Assembly: GCA_963667465.2 (NCBI GenBank)
Contig: CAXXDN010000002.1
Span: 896,001-960,000, forward strand
Reading direction: 5' to 3'
DNA length: 64,000 nt
From: Dehalococcoidia bacterium
GTDB taxonomy: Bacteria > Chloroflexota > Dehalococcoidia > UBA2979
The position numbers and the translations under genes were made by a program. Shown here in pieces: positions 46,762 through 56,810 of the stretch. Within the stretch, counting starts at the first letter, position 1. Every line of letters begins with the position of its first letter. Below the pieces are notes generated by a model, which was not told the DNA's origin, ran no database searches, and was given only the letters and a program-made list of their open reading frames with translations.

Positions 46762-47574
46762 CTACCCCTGCGGCGGCACGTCGAGGCGCGCAACCATGCC
46801 CTCGAGGTCCGGCGAGGGCGCGGGGTAGCGCTGCAGAACACGCGGGTCGTGGCCGGGCACCAGATGCGCGGGCGAATCGCCCAGGTCGTGCATGCGCTGG
46901 TAGCCGCGCACGAGCCTGCCGACGTCGAAGACGATCGCGAACAGCGCGCCGTCCTCGAGCTGGTCGTAGTAGTGCGCGGCGTCCGAGGCGAGCACGACCC
47001 AGCCGCGCGCGGTGCGCACCCGCACCACCTGGTTGCCGCCGGTGTGGCCGCCGAGCAGGTGGATGCTCAGGCCGTCGGCGAGCTCGGTATCGCCGTCGTG
47101 CAGCACCGTGCGCCCGCTGAAGACATCGCGGACCAGGCCGGTGACCTCCTCGACGTTGAAGGAGTGCGCGATGCCGTCGTTCTGCATGTAGCGCCCGCTG
47201 GCGAACTGCAGCTCGCTCTCCTGGATGTGGAGCCGCGCGTTCGGGAAGTCGTCGACGGTACCGATGTGGTCGTAGTGGCAGTGCGTGAGGATCACGTCCT
47301 CGACGGTCTCGGCGTCCACGCCGGCGAGCGCGAGCGCCTCCGCGGGACGGCGGATGTTGGTGCGCCCCCGGCGCTCGGCTTCCTCGGCGGTGAAGCCGGT
47401 GTCGATGACGAAGGTGCGCTCCGGACTGATCGCGGCCCAGACAAAGTAGTCCATCCCGATCTGCTCGCTGCGATCGCCGCCGCCGGTGGGGAACAGATCG
47501 CCGCGTCGTACCGGACGCCATGCGTACTTCGTCGCGTACAGCTCGTAGACCCCGAACTCTCCGTTCCCAACCAT
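46762..47574 (-). CDS. N-acyl homoserine lactonase-family metallo-beta-lactamase-fold hydrolase
   Basis: IDTG, THCHYDH, GHTGG, LASDAAH, PGHDP. Confidence 0.9.
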   Translation of the reverse strand: MVGNGEFGVYELYATKYAWRPVRRGDLFPTGGGDRSEQIGMDYFVWAAISPERTFVIDTGFTAEEAERRGRTNIRRPAEALALAGVDAETVEDVILTHCHYDHIGTVDDFPNARLHIQESELQFASGRYMQNDGIAHSFNVEEVTGLVRDVFSGRTVLHDGDTELADGLSIHLLGGHTGGNQVVRVRTARGWVVLASDAAHYYDQLEDGALFAIVFDVGRLVRGYQRMHDLGDSPAHLVPGHDPRVLQRYPAPSPDLEGMVARLDVPPQG

Positions 47575-47588
47575 GTCGGTCCCCTCGC

Positions 47589-48563
47589 TCAGAACCAGCG
47601 CGCCTTATCGACGATGTTCTCCAGCGGCTCGCCGGCTGCGAAGCGGCGGCAGTTCTCGAGCAGGACCTCGAAGCGCCGCTCCTCGACGTACGGGCCGTGG
47701 GCCGCGACGTGTGGAGTCAGCAGCACGTTCGGCGCGCTCCACAGCGGGTGGTCGGCAGGCAGCGGTTCGATCTCGTACACGTCGAGGCCGGCCCCGCCGA
47801 TCCGGCCCTCGCGCAGCGCCTCGTTGAGGTCGTCGAGACGCACCGTCGGTCCGCGCCCGATGTTCACGAGGTAGGCCGTGTCCTTCATTGCCTCGAAGCG
47901 CGCGGCGTTCATCATGCCCTCGGTCTCCGGCGTATGCGGCACGGTGAGGATCACGAAGTCGGCGTCCGGCAGCAGCTCGTCGAGCGCCTCGGGCGGATGC
48001 AGCTCCGCCAGCCCCTCCGTGAGCTCCGTGCGGCGTGCGTCGACACCGACGACGTTCACGCCGAACCCCGCGAGGACGCGCGCGGTCTCGGCGCCGATCT
48101 CCCCGACGCCGATCAGCAGCGCTGTCGACCCCGGGAGGTAGGTGACGCCGCTGCGGGAGAAGTCCGGCTCCCAGCGGGCCTCGGCCATGCTCCGCACATA
48201 GCGCTGCAACTGCCGCGAGAAGGCCAGCACGAATGCAGTGATATGCACGCTGATGTGGTCGCTGTAGACTCCTCGAGGATTCGTGACCGTGGCCGGGTGC
48301 CCGATCAGCGCGTCGTGGTACCAACCCGCGGGTGGCGCCACCATCGACGAGTGGATCCAGCGCAGCTTCGTCGCCGCGGCGAGCGCCTCCTCCGAGATGC
48401 GGCTCTCCGCGAAGATCGCGTCCGCCTCCCCGATCACATCGAGGGCGGACTCGGTGTCCTCCGGCGAGAGCGTGCGCACACCCGGCAGCGCCGCCGCGAC
48501 ACGGCTCGCCCAGTCGCGCTGGGATCCCCGCAGCGGCGGCCAGAAGAGAATCGTGACACTCAC
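47589..48563 (-). CDS. D-2-hydroxyacid dehydrogenase
   Basis: IGVGEIG, VPHTPET, NIGRG, LDVYEIEPLP, TPHVA. Confidence 0.92.
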   Translation of the reverse strand: MSVTILFWPPLRGSQRDWASRVAAALPGVRTLSPEDTESALDVIGEADAIFAESRISEEALAAATKLRWIHSSMVAPPAGWYHDALIGHPATVTNPRGVYSDHISVHITAFVLAFSRQLQRYVRSMAEARWEPDFSRSGVTYLPGSTALLIGVGEIGAETARVLAGFGVNVVGVDARRTELTEGLAELHPPEALDELLPDADFVILTVPHTPETEGMMNAARFEAMKDTAYLVNIGRGPTVRLDDLNEALREGRIGGAGLDVYEIEPLPADHPLWSAPNVLLTPHVAAHGPYVEERRFEVLLENCRRFAAGEPLENIVDKARWF

Positions 48564-49342
48564 GCGTCACCGCCCGCCAGCCGCGCGAGGAAGCCCTCGA
48601 CCGCTGCGTTCACGCCCTCGGGCGCCTCGATATTGACGCCGTGGCCGGCGCCGTCGAAGACGTGGAGCTCGCTGCCCTCGATCCGGTTCTCCATGTAGCT
48701 CATGCCGTTGCGGAACGGCGTGTCGTTCTCCCCGACGAGCAGCAGCGTCGGCAGGTCGATCGAGGAGATGTTGTCGATCACCAGCGAGTCGTGCTGCGTC
48801 AGCATCCCGCGCGCGGATCGGGCGAGGCCCTCGGCGGAGCTGTGCTCGCTCATGTCGACCTCGGAGCCTCCGTCGTGGGTGCTCATGCCGATCGTCTCGA
48901 GGCGCTCGGCGCGTTGCAGGCGGTCCTCGTTCCACGCCTCACGCGCGACGGGGTTGCGGTAGCCGGGACCGGTGCCCTGCAGGATCAGCGCGCCCGTGCG
49001 CTCCGGGTGCGTCGCCTGGAAGGCGAGCGACATGTAGCCACCGAGCGAGTGTCCGGCGATCACCGCCTGCTCAATGCCGAGTTCGTCGAGGATCGCGCGC
49101 ATGTCCTCGATGGTCAGTTCGCGGCTATAGCGGGCATCGTCGGGTGGGCTGTCGCTCTGGCCGTGCCCGCGCATGTCCCAGCTGATCAGCCGGTAGCGAT
49201 CGGCGAAGGCCGCGATCTGCGGCCGCCACATCAGGCAGGTCGCCGCGTAGCCGTGCGTGAGCAGGACGGGCAACGTCTCCGCGTCCTTTGGCCCGTCGTC
49301 CTCGTAGTGGATCGCGACCCCGTCGCGGTCGAGCCTGGGCAT
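48560..49342 (-). CDS. Alpha/beta-fold hydrolase
   Basis: THG, WDMRGHGQS, GHSLGG nucleophile elbow, GEND, AGH. Confidence 0.92.
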   Translation of the reverse strand: MPRLDRDGVAIHYEDDGPKDAETLPVLLTHGYAATCLMWRPQIAAFADRYRLISWDMRGHGQSDSPPDDARYSRELTIEDMRAILDELGIEQAVIAGHSLGGYMSLAFQATHPERTGALILQGTGPGYRNPVAREAWNEDRLQRAERLETIGMSTHDGGSEVDMSEHSSAEGLARSARGMLTQHDSLVIDNISSIDLPTLLLVGENDTPFRNGMSYMENRIEGSELHVFDGAGHGVNIEAPEGVNAAVEGFLARLAGGDA

Positions 49343-49473
49343 GGTTGTCTCCTCCGCGCGCCGGCATACGGCAGGTGGCGCGCCTGCCGCGGGCGGGCAG
49401 CTTATCATCGCCCGCGACGCCGTCCGCCCCGTGAACGCGGGCGGGAAGGGCGCAACACGAACGGAGCGCGGCG

Positions 49474-50760
49474 ATGACGGCTGGCGGACCGCTCGAGGGC
49501 ATTCGGGTGCTGGAGTTCTCCCAGCTCGTCGCCGGGCCGTTCTCCGGCTGCGTGCTCTCCGACCTCGGCGCCGAGGTGATCAAGGTCGAGCGGCCGCCCG
49601 GCGGCGACCCGCACCGCAACTTCGGCGCGGTCATCCCGCACGAGGGCAAGCGCTTTCAGGCCGTCAATCGCGGCAAGCGCAGCATCCTCGTGGACCTGCA
49701 GACCGAGGCGGGGCGTGAGCTGATCCACCGTCTCCTGCCCCACTTCGACGTGCTCACGATCAACTTCCGCCAGCGCGTGCTGGAGCGGCTGGCGATCGAC
49801 TACGAGACGCTCTCGGCGCTGCACCCGGGCCTCGTCTACTGCCGCATCTCCGCCTTCGGATCGCGCGGGCCGCTCGCCGATCGCGCCGGAACCGACGCCA
49901 CGATGTCGGCCTACTCCGGCCTCACCGTTGGGGACGCGAAGACCGACGAGGCGGGCGCTCCCGAGCACATCTCGTCCGGGCCGGTCTCCGACTACACCTC
50001 GGGCCTGGCCGCGGTCATCGGCATCTGCTCGGCGCTCTACCGCAGGGGCATCACGGGTCGCGGCCAATTCGTCGAGACCTCGTTGTTACGTTCGGCGATG
50101 GCGATCCAGGACAGCTTCATCATGCGCGAGCCGCTCAGTGACGCCTCGACGGTCGAGCCGATGCTGGAGGCGGTCGAGGAGCTGCGCGCGGCGGGCGCCT
50201 CCTACCGCGAGCAGCTGGACGCGCGGCACTCGATCCGCGCGCGGCGCTGGGCGTTCCGCATCTACTACGGCGGGTTCGAGGCCAGCGACGGCGTGATCAC
50301 CCTCGGCGCGCTCACGCCTCGAACCCGCGACGCGGCGCGGCGCGTGCTCGGTATCGAGGACGATCCGAGCGACACGCCGGACTTCGACAGTGGCGACCCC
50401 GCGAACATCGCGCACGCCACGGTGCTGCTCGGGCGCATCCGTGCGCTGATCCGCACTCGCCCCGTGGCGGAGTGGATCGAGGCCTTCGAGGCGGAGGGCG
50501 TGCCGGTGGGCCCGGTGCACTTCCCCGAGGAGCTGGCCGACGACCCGCAGGTCAACGCCGCCGGCATCATGGCCGACCTCGAACACCCGCTGACCGGACC
50601 GCAGCGCGTCGTCGGGCCGATCGTCGAGCTCTCCGAGACGCCGACGGCCGTTCAGGGCCCCGCGCCGCTGCTCGGCGCGGACACCGAGGCGGTGCTGCGC
50701 GAGGCGGGCTGCTCCGACGCCGACCTCGACGCCTACCGCGCAGCGGGAGCGATCCCATAG
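49474..50760 (+). CDS. CaiB/BaiF family III CoA-transferase
   Basis: PLEGIRVLE, LSDLGAEVIKVE, NRGKRS, VSDYTSG (catalytic Asp). Confidence 0.93.
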   Translation: MTAGGPLEGIRVLEFSQLVAGPFSGCVLSDLGAEVIKVERPPGGDPHRNFGAVIPHEGKRFQAVNRGKRSILVDLQTEAGRELIHRLLPHFDVLTINFRQRVLERLAIDYETLSALHPGLVYCRISAFGSRGPLADRAGTDATMSAYSGLTVGDAKTDEAGAPEHISSGPVSDYTSGLAAVIGICSALYRRGITGRGQFVETSLLRSAMAIQDSFIMREPLSDASTVEPMLEAVEELRAAGASYREQLDARHSIRARRWAFRIYYGGFEASDGVITLGALTPRTRDAARRVLGIEDDPSDTPDFDSGDPANIAHATVLLGRIRALIRTRPVAEWIEAFEAEGVPVGPVHFPEELADDPQVNAAGIMADLEHPLTGPQRVVGPIVELSETPTAVQGPAPLLGADTEAVLREAGCSDADLDAYRAAGAIP

Positions 50761-50770
50761 CATCGTCGCG

Positions 50771-53077
50771 ATGAGTGACGACGAAGGAGCGCCCATGCTT
50801 CCGCTCGACGGCTTCCGTACGTGGTTGATCGCCGAGACGCCCGCCGCCGGCTTCGCCGGCCGGCTGCTGCGTGACCTCGGGGCGCGCGTCGAGCTGCTGG
50901 AGCCACCCGGCGGCAGCCCGCTGCGCAGCTGCCCGCCGTTCCTCGAGGGTGGCGAGAGCGCGGTCTTCCGCTACCTCGCCGCGGGAATGGAGACACGCGA
51001 GATCCCGGCGCGCCCGGACGCCGGGCAGGTCGCGCAGGTCGAGATCATCGTGCACGAGCGCCCGGCGCTGCCCTTCGGCTGGAATCCGATCGTCGAGCGG
51101 GCCCCGCTGCCCGAGCGCGGGCGCGCCATCGTGGCGCTGACGCCCTACGGCCAGAGCGGCCCCAAGCGCGACTGGCAGGGCTCCGAGCTGACGCTCTTCC
51201 AGGGCGGCGGCGAAGGCTTCTTGCAGCCCTCCGGCCTCGGCTACGAGGAGTTCCCCGACCGCCCGCCGATCGGTGTCGGCCGCTACCTCGGGAGCTACCA
51301 GGCGGGCACGAACGCGGCGTTTGCCGCACTTGCGGGCCTGCGTTCATCGAGGGCGTCGGGGCGCACCGAGCGCGTCGACCTCTCTGTGCAGGACTCGCAG
51401 CTCTCGCTCAACTACCTGTCCGTCAGCCGCTATGTCGACGGCCACTTCGAGCGCCGCTCGAACCGCAGCTTCAGCTACGGTGGCATCGTTCGCTGCGCCG
51501 ACGGCTATGTCGAGATCGTGCCGATCGAGCAGCACCACTGGGTGGCCCTGCGCGAGCTGATGGGCGACCCGGAGTGGGCGCAGGCGCCGGAGTTCGAGGA
51601 CACCGTCGAGCGCGGCCGGCGCGGACCCTTCATCAACGAGCGCCTGCGCGCCTGGGCCGCCGAGCGCACCATTGAAGAAGTCGTCGCGCGCGCGGCCGAG
51701 ACCGGCCTGCCCTGCGGTCCCTATCTCGCCCCCAGGCAACTCCCCGCGGACCAGCAGTTCCAGCACCGCGGCTTCTTCCGCGAGGGCGAGAACGGCGAGC
51801 TCGCGCCCGGGGTCGCCTGGCAGCTCGCAAGCGTAGCGAGCGACGACGACGGCTCCACGACCTCCGCCGCGCCCGCAGCCGGCGGCGCGAAACCACTCGA
51901 GGGCGTGCGCGTCGCCGACTTCACGAACATGGCCGCCGGCCCCTACGCCACGCTGATGCTCAGCCTGCTCGGCGCGGACGTGATCAAGGTCGAGTCGCAG
52001 GCGCGGCTCGACATCGGGAGACGGCCGCATCCGCTCTATGGGCGCTTCGACGTGCCGAACTTCGACCACCTCGCGGGCCACAAGCGCTCGATAACACTCA
52101 ACCTCAAGGACGAGCGCGGCGTGCTACTCGCACGCGAGCTTGTGGCGGCCAGCGACGTCGCGATCGAGAACTTCCGGCCCGGCGTGATGGGGCGGCTCGG
52201 CCTCGGCTGGGACGATCTGAAGGAGGTGAATCCGCGCCTCGTCATGGTTTCACTCTCCGCCTACGGGCAGCACGGGCCGGACAGCCACCGCCCCGGCTAC
52301 GCGCCGATCTTCGCGGCCGAGGGCGGCCTCGGCTCCATGAGCGGCTACCCCGATGGCGCTCCCGGCGAGATCCGCAACCAGATGGACCACGAGGCCGGCC
52401 TGATCGCCGCCCTGCTCTGCCTCTCGATGCTCGAACAGCGCGACCGCACCGGATCGGGCGCCTTCGCCGACCTCGCGGCCCGCGAGGTGGCGGCGATGCT
52501 GGTCGGCGAGTCGATCGTGCAGACGCTCGCGGACGGCGACGCGCCTCGCGTGGGCACCGGCCACGAGCAGTGGGCTCCGCACGGGATTTACCCCGCAGCG
52601 GGCGAGGACGCCTGGATCGCCATCGCAATCCGCTCCGACGAGGAGTGGGAGCGCTTCGTCGAGCTGTCCGGCCACCAGTCCTTCGACCGCCCGCAGTACG
52701 TGACCGCGGGCCGGCGCCGCGCCAACAGCGGGCCGCTCGACGCCGCGCTGCGCTACTGGACGGCCAACGAGGGCGCGCACGAGCTCGCCGCGCGGCTCCA
52801 GGCCGCCGGCATCGCCGCCGAGGTCTCGCTGACCGGGGAAGACCTCGTCGCGGACGCCCACCTGCGCGAGCGCGGCGCGATCGTCGACCTCCGGCACGAG
52901 CGCTATGGCGAGCGCGCCACCGTCGGCGCGCCCTGGCGCTTCGAGACCGCCTCGAGCGTGCGCTTCGACGCGTGGTCGCCGGACCTCGGCGAGCACAACG
53001 AGGAGGTGCTGTGCGGCCTGCTCGGCCACAGCCGCGAGGACCTCGATCGCTGGATCGGCGAGCAGGCCGTCTACTGA
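50771..53077 (+). CDS. Tandem two-domain CaiB/BaiF CoA-transferase
   Basis: Two family III units: the first (LRDLGARV...YLGSYQAG) lacks the Asp; the second (PLEGVRVAD, ENFRPG, QMDHEAG) has it. Confidence 0.9.
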   Translation: MSDDEGAPMLPLDGFRTWLIAETPAAGFAGRLLRDLGARVELLEPPGGSPLRSCPPFLEGGESAVFRYLAAGMETREIPARPDAGQVAQVEIIVHERPALPFGWNPIVERAPLPERGRAIVALTPYGQSGPKRDWQGSELTLFQGGGEGFLQPSGLGYEEFPDRPPIGVGRYLGSYQAGTNAAFAALAGLRSSRASGRTERVDLSVQDSQLSLNYLSVSRYVDGHFERRSNRSFSYGGIVRCADGYVEIVPIEQHHWVALRELMGDPEWAQAPEFEDTVERGRRGPFINERLRAWAAERTIEEVVARAAETGLPCGPYLAPRQLPADQQFQHRGFFREGENGELAPGVAWQLASVASDDDGSTTSAAPAAGGAKPLEGVRVADFTNMAAGPYATLMLSLLGADVIKVESQARLDIGRRPHPLYGRFDVPNFDHLAGHKRSITLNLKDERGVLLARELVAASDVAIENFRPGVMGRLGLGWDDLKEVNPRLVMVSLSAYGQHGPDSHRPGYAPIFAAEGGLGSMSGYPDGAPGEIRNQMDHEAGLIAALLCLSMLEQRDRTGSGAFADLAAREVAAMLVGESIVQTLADGDAPRVGTGHEQWAPHGIYPAAGEDAWIAIAIRSDEEWERFVELSGHQSFDRPQYVTAGRRRANSGPLDAALRYWTANEGAHELAARLQAAGIAAEVSLTGEDLVADAHLRERGAIVDLRHERYGERATVGAPWRFETASSVRFDAWSPDLGEHNEEVLCGLLGHSREDLDRWIGEQAVY

Positions 53078-54219
53078 TGGCGGACCTGCCCGACCTCGAC
53101 CTCCCGATTGGCGGCCTGCGCGTCGTCGAGTTGAGCGAGCGCGGGGCCGCCGCCTACGCCGGCAAGCTGCTGCGCCGCCTCGGCGCCGACCTCGTCAAGG
53201 TCGAGCCGGCCGAGGGCGACCCATTGCGCCGCGACGGCTCGCGCCGCCACGAGGCGGACGGCCGCACCACGACGGCCGCCTTCGACTTCTTCAACGAGGG
53301 CAAGACCAGCGAGGTCGTCGCCGACCCCGCGCGGCTGCGCGAACTGGTCGCGGGGGCAAACGCCTTCATCCTCGACCTCGAACCGCGCCGCTACGAGGCG
53401 TGGGGCCTCGAGGCCGACGCGCTCAGCGATCTCGACTGCGGCGTCGTCTGCGCGATCACACCGTTCGGACTGAGCGGCCCCTACCGCGACTACCGGGGGC
53501 CGGAGATCGTCACGTCGGCGTTCGGCGGCTCCAGCGTCGGGATCGGCGCGCCCGGCCGTCCGCCGCTGCGCATGCCGCTCTCGCAGACCGCCATCCAGGC
53601 CGGCCTCGTCGCCGCCATCGCAGCCCTCGGTGACGCGTACGAGGGTGACCACGAGGCCGCCGCGGGTGCGCGCGTCGTCGACATCGCCGAGAGCGACGTC
53701 TGGGCGACGGTGCACACGGGCACGACCGTGGTCAGCTACCTGTTCTCCAACCGGCTGCGCAGCCGCCAGGGACGCCGCGTGCTCGGCCAGCCCTACCCGC
53801 ACCAGCTCTTCCGCTGCTCCGACGGCTGGATCGCGATCCAGGCCTCCGAGCGCCACCAGCACCAGCTCTTCATCGAGATGGTCGGCTCGCCCGAGTGGGC
53901 CGCCGAGCGGCGCTTCGGCAGCCGCCTCGACATGAACGACCGCCATGCCGACGAGGTCGACGCCCAGCTCGCCCCCTGGTTCGAGGCGCGCACCCGCCAG
54001 CAGGTCTTCGAGGAGTGCCGCGCCCGCAACATCCCCGCGGCCCCGGTCCGCACCGTCGCCGACGTGCGCGCAGACCCCGACCTGCAGTCCATTGGCGCCT
54101 TCGAGACCTTCGAGGGCGCCTCGGGCGTCGAGCTGACGCTGCCCGCCCCGCCGTTCCGCTTCACCGAGGCCGACCTCGCGCCGCCGGGCCCCGTCCCGCC
54201 ACCCCCGGAGACCCACTGA
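53077..54219 (+). CDS. CaiB/BaiF CoA-transferase subunit lacking the catalytic Asp
   Basis: TGATG overlap start MADLPDL; LGADLVKVEP, FNEGKTS, ITPFGLSGPY, SQTAIQAG. Confidence 0.88.
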   Translation: MADLPDLDLPIGGLRVVELSERGAAAYAGKLLRRLGADLVKVEPAEGDPLRRDGSRRHEADGRTTTAAFDFFNEGKTSEVVADPARLRELVAGANAFILDLEPRRYEAWGLEADALSDLDCGVVCAITPFGLSGPYRDYRGPEIVTSAFGGSSVGIGAPGRPPLRMPLSQTAIQAGLVAAIAALGDAYEGDHEAAAGARVVDIAESDVWATVHTGTTVVSYLFSNRLRSRQGRRVLGQPYPHQLFRCSDGWIAIQASERHQHQLFIEMVGSPEWAAERRFGSRLDMNDRHADEVDAQLAPWFEARTRQQVFEECRARNIPAAPVRTVADVRADPDLQSIGAFETFEGASGVELTLPAPPFRFTEADLAPPGPVPPPPETH

Positions 54220-55385
54220 TGCTGCTGCAGGGGGTGCGGGTGCTGGACTTCGGCTGGGTCTGGGCCGGGGCGGTCCCCGGCCAGATGCTCGCCTTCCTCG
54301 GCGCCGAGGTGATCAAGGTGGAGACGCGCAAGCGCCTCGACTACATGCGCCAGGGCCGTGCGATCGTGAAGGACGCGCCCGACACCGAGCAGCAGCCGAT
54401 GTTCCACAACATCAACCGTGGAAAGCTCAGCCTCAGCATCGACTTCACCACCGAGGCCGGGCGTGACCTGCTACTCGACCTCGCCGCACACTGCGACGTG
54501 GCGATCCAGAACTTCGCCCCCGGCGTCCTCGACCGCTACGGCCTCGGCTACGAGGCCCTGCGCGAGCGCCGGCCGGACCTCGTCATGCTCTCGTTGTCCG
54601 GTGGTGGTCAGCAGGGACCGCTTCGCGAGCTGCGCAGCTACGCCTCGACAATTGCCGCCTTCAGCGGGCTCGACTCGCTCTGCGGCTATCCCGGCGAGGA
54701 ACCGCTGGGCGTGCAGCAGTCCTACCCGGACCCCAACGCCAGCCTCCACGGCGCCGTCGCCATCCTCGGCGCGCTGATCCGCCGCAAGCGCACGGGCCGC
54801 GGCGACCTCATCGACCTCTCGCAGCTGGCCTCCGGCATGCAGACCTCCGCCGAGGCGATGGCCTGGCTCGACATCTTCGGCGAGGTTCCCGGCCCGCTCG
54901 GCAACCTCCCGCCCAACGACGAGCCGCTGCACGACTGCTTCCGCTGCGCCGGCGACGACGAGTGGATCGCCGTCGCCGCCGAGGACGAGGCGCAGCTCGC
55001 CGCCGTCGCCGCCCTCACCGGCGCGCCCTCGGACGACCCGGCGGCGGTGCGGGAGGCCCTCGAGCGCTGGTGCACGCAGCGCGACCCGCGAGGCGCGATG
55101 GACGCGCTGCAAGCCGCGGGCGTACCCGCCGGCGCCGTCACGACGGCGAAAGACCGCTTCGAGGACCCCCACTACCGGGAGCGCGGCACCTACGTGGAGA
55201 CGGAGCACCCCTCGATCGGCTGGGAGCTGGTCTACCGCGCGCCCTGGATCTGGCCGGACGAGATCCCGCTCGCCAACGACCGCGCCCCGCTGATGGGCGA
55301 GCACAACGAGTACGTCGTCTGCGAGCTGCTCGGCCGCCCTCGCGAGGAGCTCGATCGCCTCACGGCAGAGCAGGTGCTGTACTAA
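54219..55385 (+). CDS. CaiB/BaiF CoA-transferase catalytic subunit
   Basis: TGATG overlap start MLLQGVRVLDFGWVWAG; NRGKLS, QNFAPG, SYPDPNAS. Confidence 0.92.
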   Translation: MLLQGVRVLDFGWVWAGAVPGQMLAFLGAEVIKVETRKRLDYMRQGRAIVKDAPDTEQQPMFHNINRGKLSLSIDFTTEAGRDLLLDLAAHCDVAIQNFAPGVLDRYGLGYEALRERRPDLVMLSLSGGGQQGPLRELRSYASTIAAFSGLDSLCGYPGEEPLGVQQSYPDPNASLHGAVAILGALIRRKRTGRGDLIDLSQLASGMQTSAEAMAWLDIFGEVPGPLGNLPPNDEPLHDCFRCAGDDEWIAVAAEDEAQLAAVAALTGAPSDDPAAVREALERWCTQRDPRGAMDALQAAGVPAGAVTTAKDRFEDPHYRERGTYVETEHPSIGWELVYRAPWIWPDEIPLANDRAPLMGEHNEYVVCELLGRPREELDRLTAEQVLY

Positions 55386-55386
55386 C
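55359..55386. repeat. 28-bp direct repeat, copy 1 (3' end of the CoA-transferase gene)
   Basis: ctcacggcagagcaggtgctgtactaac; 24/28 identical to 56811-56838. Confidence 0.75.
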
Positions 55387-55418
55387 CTTCCATCGAGTGG
55401 CGAGAAGGGAGCCCGCAG

Positions 55419-56786
55419 ATGAGCGCCAGGCGGGTGGTTATTGTTGGCGGGGGGTTCGCCGGGCTCAGCGCCGCCTACACGCTGATGAAGCAAGGCATCA
55501 CCCCCCTCCTGCTCGAGGCTGAGGACCATGCGGGCGGACGCGGCAGCGGCGAGCGCGTGGACGGCTTCTCCCTGGACATGGGCGCGTTCGTCTTCACCTC
55601 CACCTACGACACCGCATTTCGCATCTGCGAGGAGTTGGGACTGCCGCTGGTACGTTCGCAGATGAAGTTCGGCCACTACCGCAACGGGCGCTGGGTTACC
55701 ACGACGCCGGACCAATCGCTCTGGAATTTCATCCGGCACCTGCGTGCGGCCATCACGATGGGCTTCCTCTCGCCCTCGGGCATGCGGTCCGGCTTCAAGG
55801 TGATGCGGCAGATGCATCGCGAGGCGGAGTACATGAGCTTCGCCGGCGACAGCCCGCTCGCCGAGCTCGACGACCACGAGAGCTTCAGCGATTACCTTGA
55901 GCGGCTCGGCGTGCCCGAGAACCTGCAGGTGACGCTCAGAGCGCCACTCGACATGATTCTGGGCGACCCAATGCCCGCAGGCCAAGCCCTGATGCGCGCG
56001 TACATCGGGGAAACGATGCTGCACGCCGGACAGGTGGCCATGCCGGAGCGAGGCGTCGGCTCACTGAGCAGAGCGCTTGTCACTGCCTGCTCCGACGCGA
56101 TTCGCGTGTCGACCCCCGTCAGGAGAGTCGTCGTCGCAGACGGGGCCGCGACCAGCGTCGTGGTGGACGGTGAGACCATCGAGGCGGACGCGGTCATCTG
56201 CGCCGTCCCCGGCACGAAGGTCCCGGACCTCATCCCCAACCTGCCAGCGGCGACTCGCCGCGCGCTCAGCACCGTCAGCTACTCAACCGGCTGCCGGGTG
56301 GTGATCGGCCTCGACCACTCGCCGCTCCCTCCCGGCTGGCATGGCGCACTCTACCCGGAGGACGACGACACCCCGCTCCTGCTGGACCGCTCCGTCTTCC
56401 TGCCTGCCTGCGCGCCTCCCGGCAAGAGCCTCCTCGACCTGCTGATCGGGCGCGACCGCGCCAGGGAGCTCATCCCGCTCGACGACGAGGAGATCAAGCG
56501 CGAGCTGCTGGGCGCCGCTCGCCGGAACGCGCCGCCAGGCTCCGCTCTTCCCGGCGACGACGAGGGTCTGTTCTATCGCGTCTACCGCTGGGAAGAAGCG
56601 CTCTGCATGGGGGAGCCCGGGATGCTCGCCGCGATGGCGGACGTCCCGGGGCAGCTTGCGGGAAGCATCGGCAACCTCGTCCTGGCGGGTGACTACATGC
56701 GCGTGCCGTCGGTCAACGGCGCCCTCGCTAGTGGCCACAACGCCGCGATCGAGGTCGCAGACTTGCTGGCGTCTCGCGCCAACTAG
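55419..56786 (+). CDS. FAD-dependent oxidoreductase (HemY/flavin amine oxidase family)
   Basis: VVIVGGGFAGLSAA, LEAEDHAGGR, DMGA, LAGDY...SVNGALASG. Confidence 0.88.
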   Translation: MSARRVVIVGGGFAGLSAAYTLMKQGITPLLLEAEDHAGGRGSGERVDGFSLDMGAFVFTSTYDTAFRICEELGLPLVRSQMKFGHYRNGRWVTTTPDQSLWNFIRHLRAAITMGFLSPSGMRSGFKVMRQMHREAEYMSFAGDSPLAELDDHESFSDYLERLGVPENLQVTLRAPLDMILGDPMPAGQALMRAYIGETMLHAGQVAMPERGVGSLSRALVTACSDAIRVSTPVRRVVVADGAATSVVVDGETIEADAVICAVPGTKVPDLIPNLPAATRRALSTVSYSTGCRVVIGLDHSPLPPGWHGALYPEDDDTPLLLDRSVFLPACAPPGKSLLDLLIGRDRARELIPLDDEEIKRELLGAARRNAPPGSALPGDDEGLFYRVYRWEEALCMGEPGMLAAMADVPGQLAGSIGNLVLAGDYMRVPSVNGALASGHNAAIEVADLLASRAN

Positions 56787-56810
56787 GCCAGGCGTCGTGT
56801 CGAGCCCATG

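Noticed and set aside
46762-47574. Quorum-quenching or beta-lactamase function for the MBL-fold gene
   Set aside because: The fold alone does not specify the substrate; context points to a catabolic lactonase
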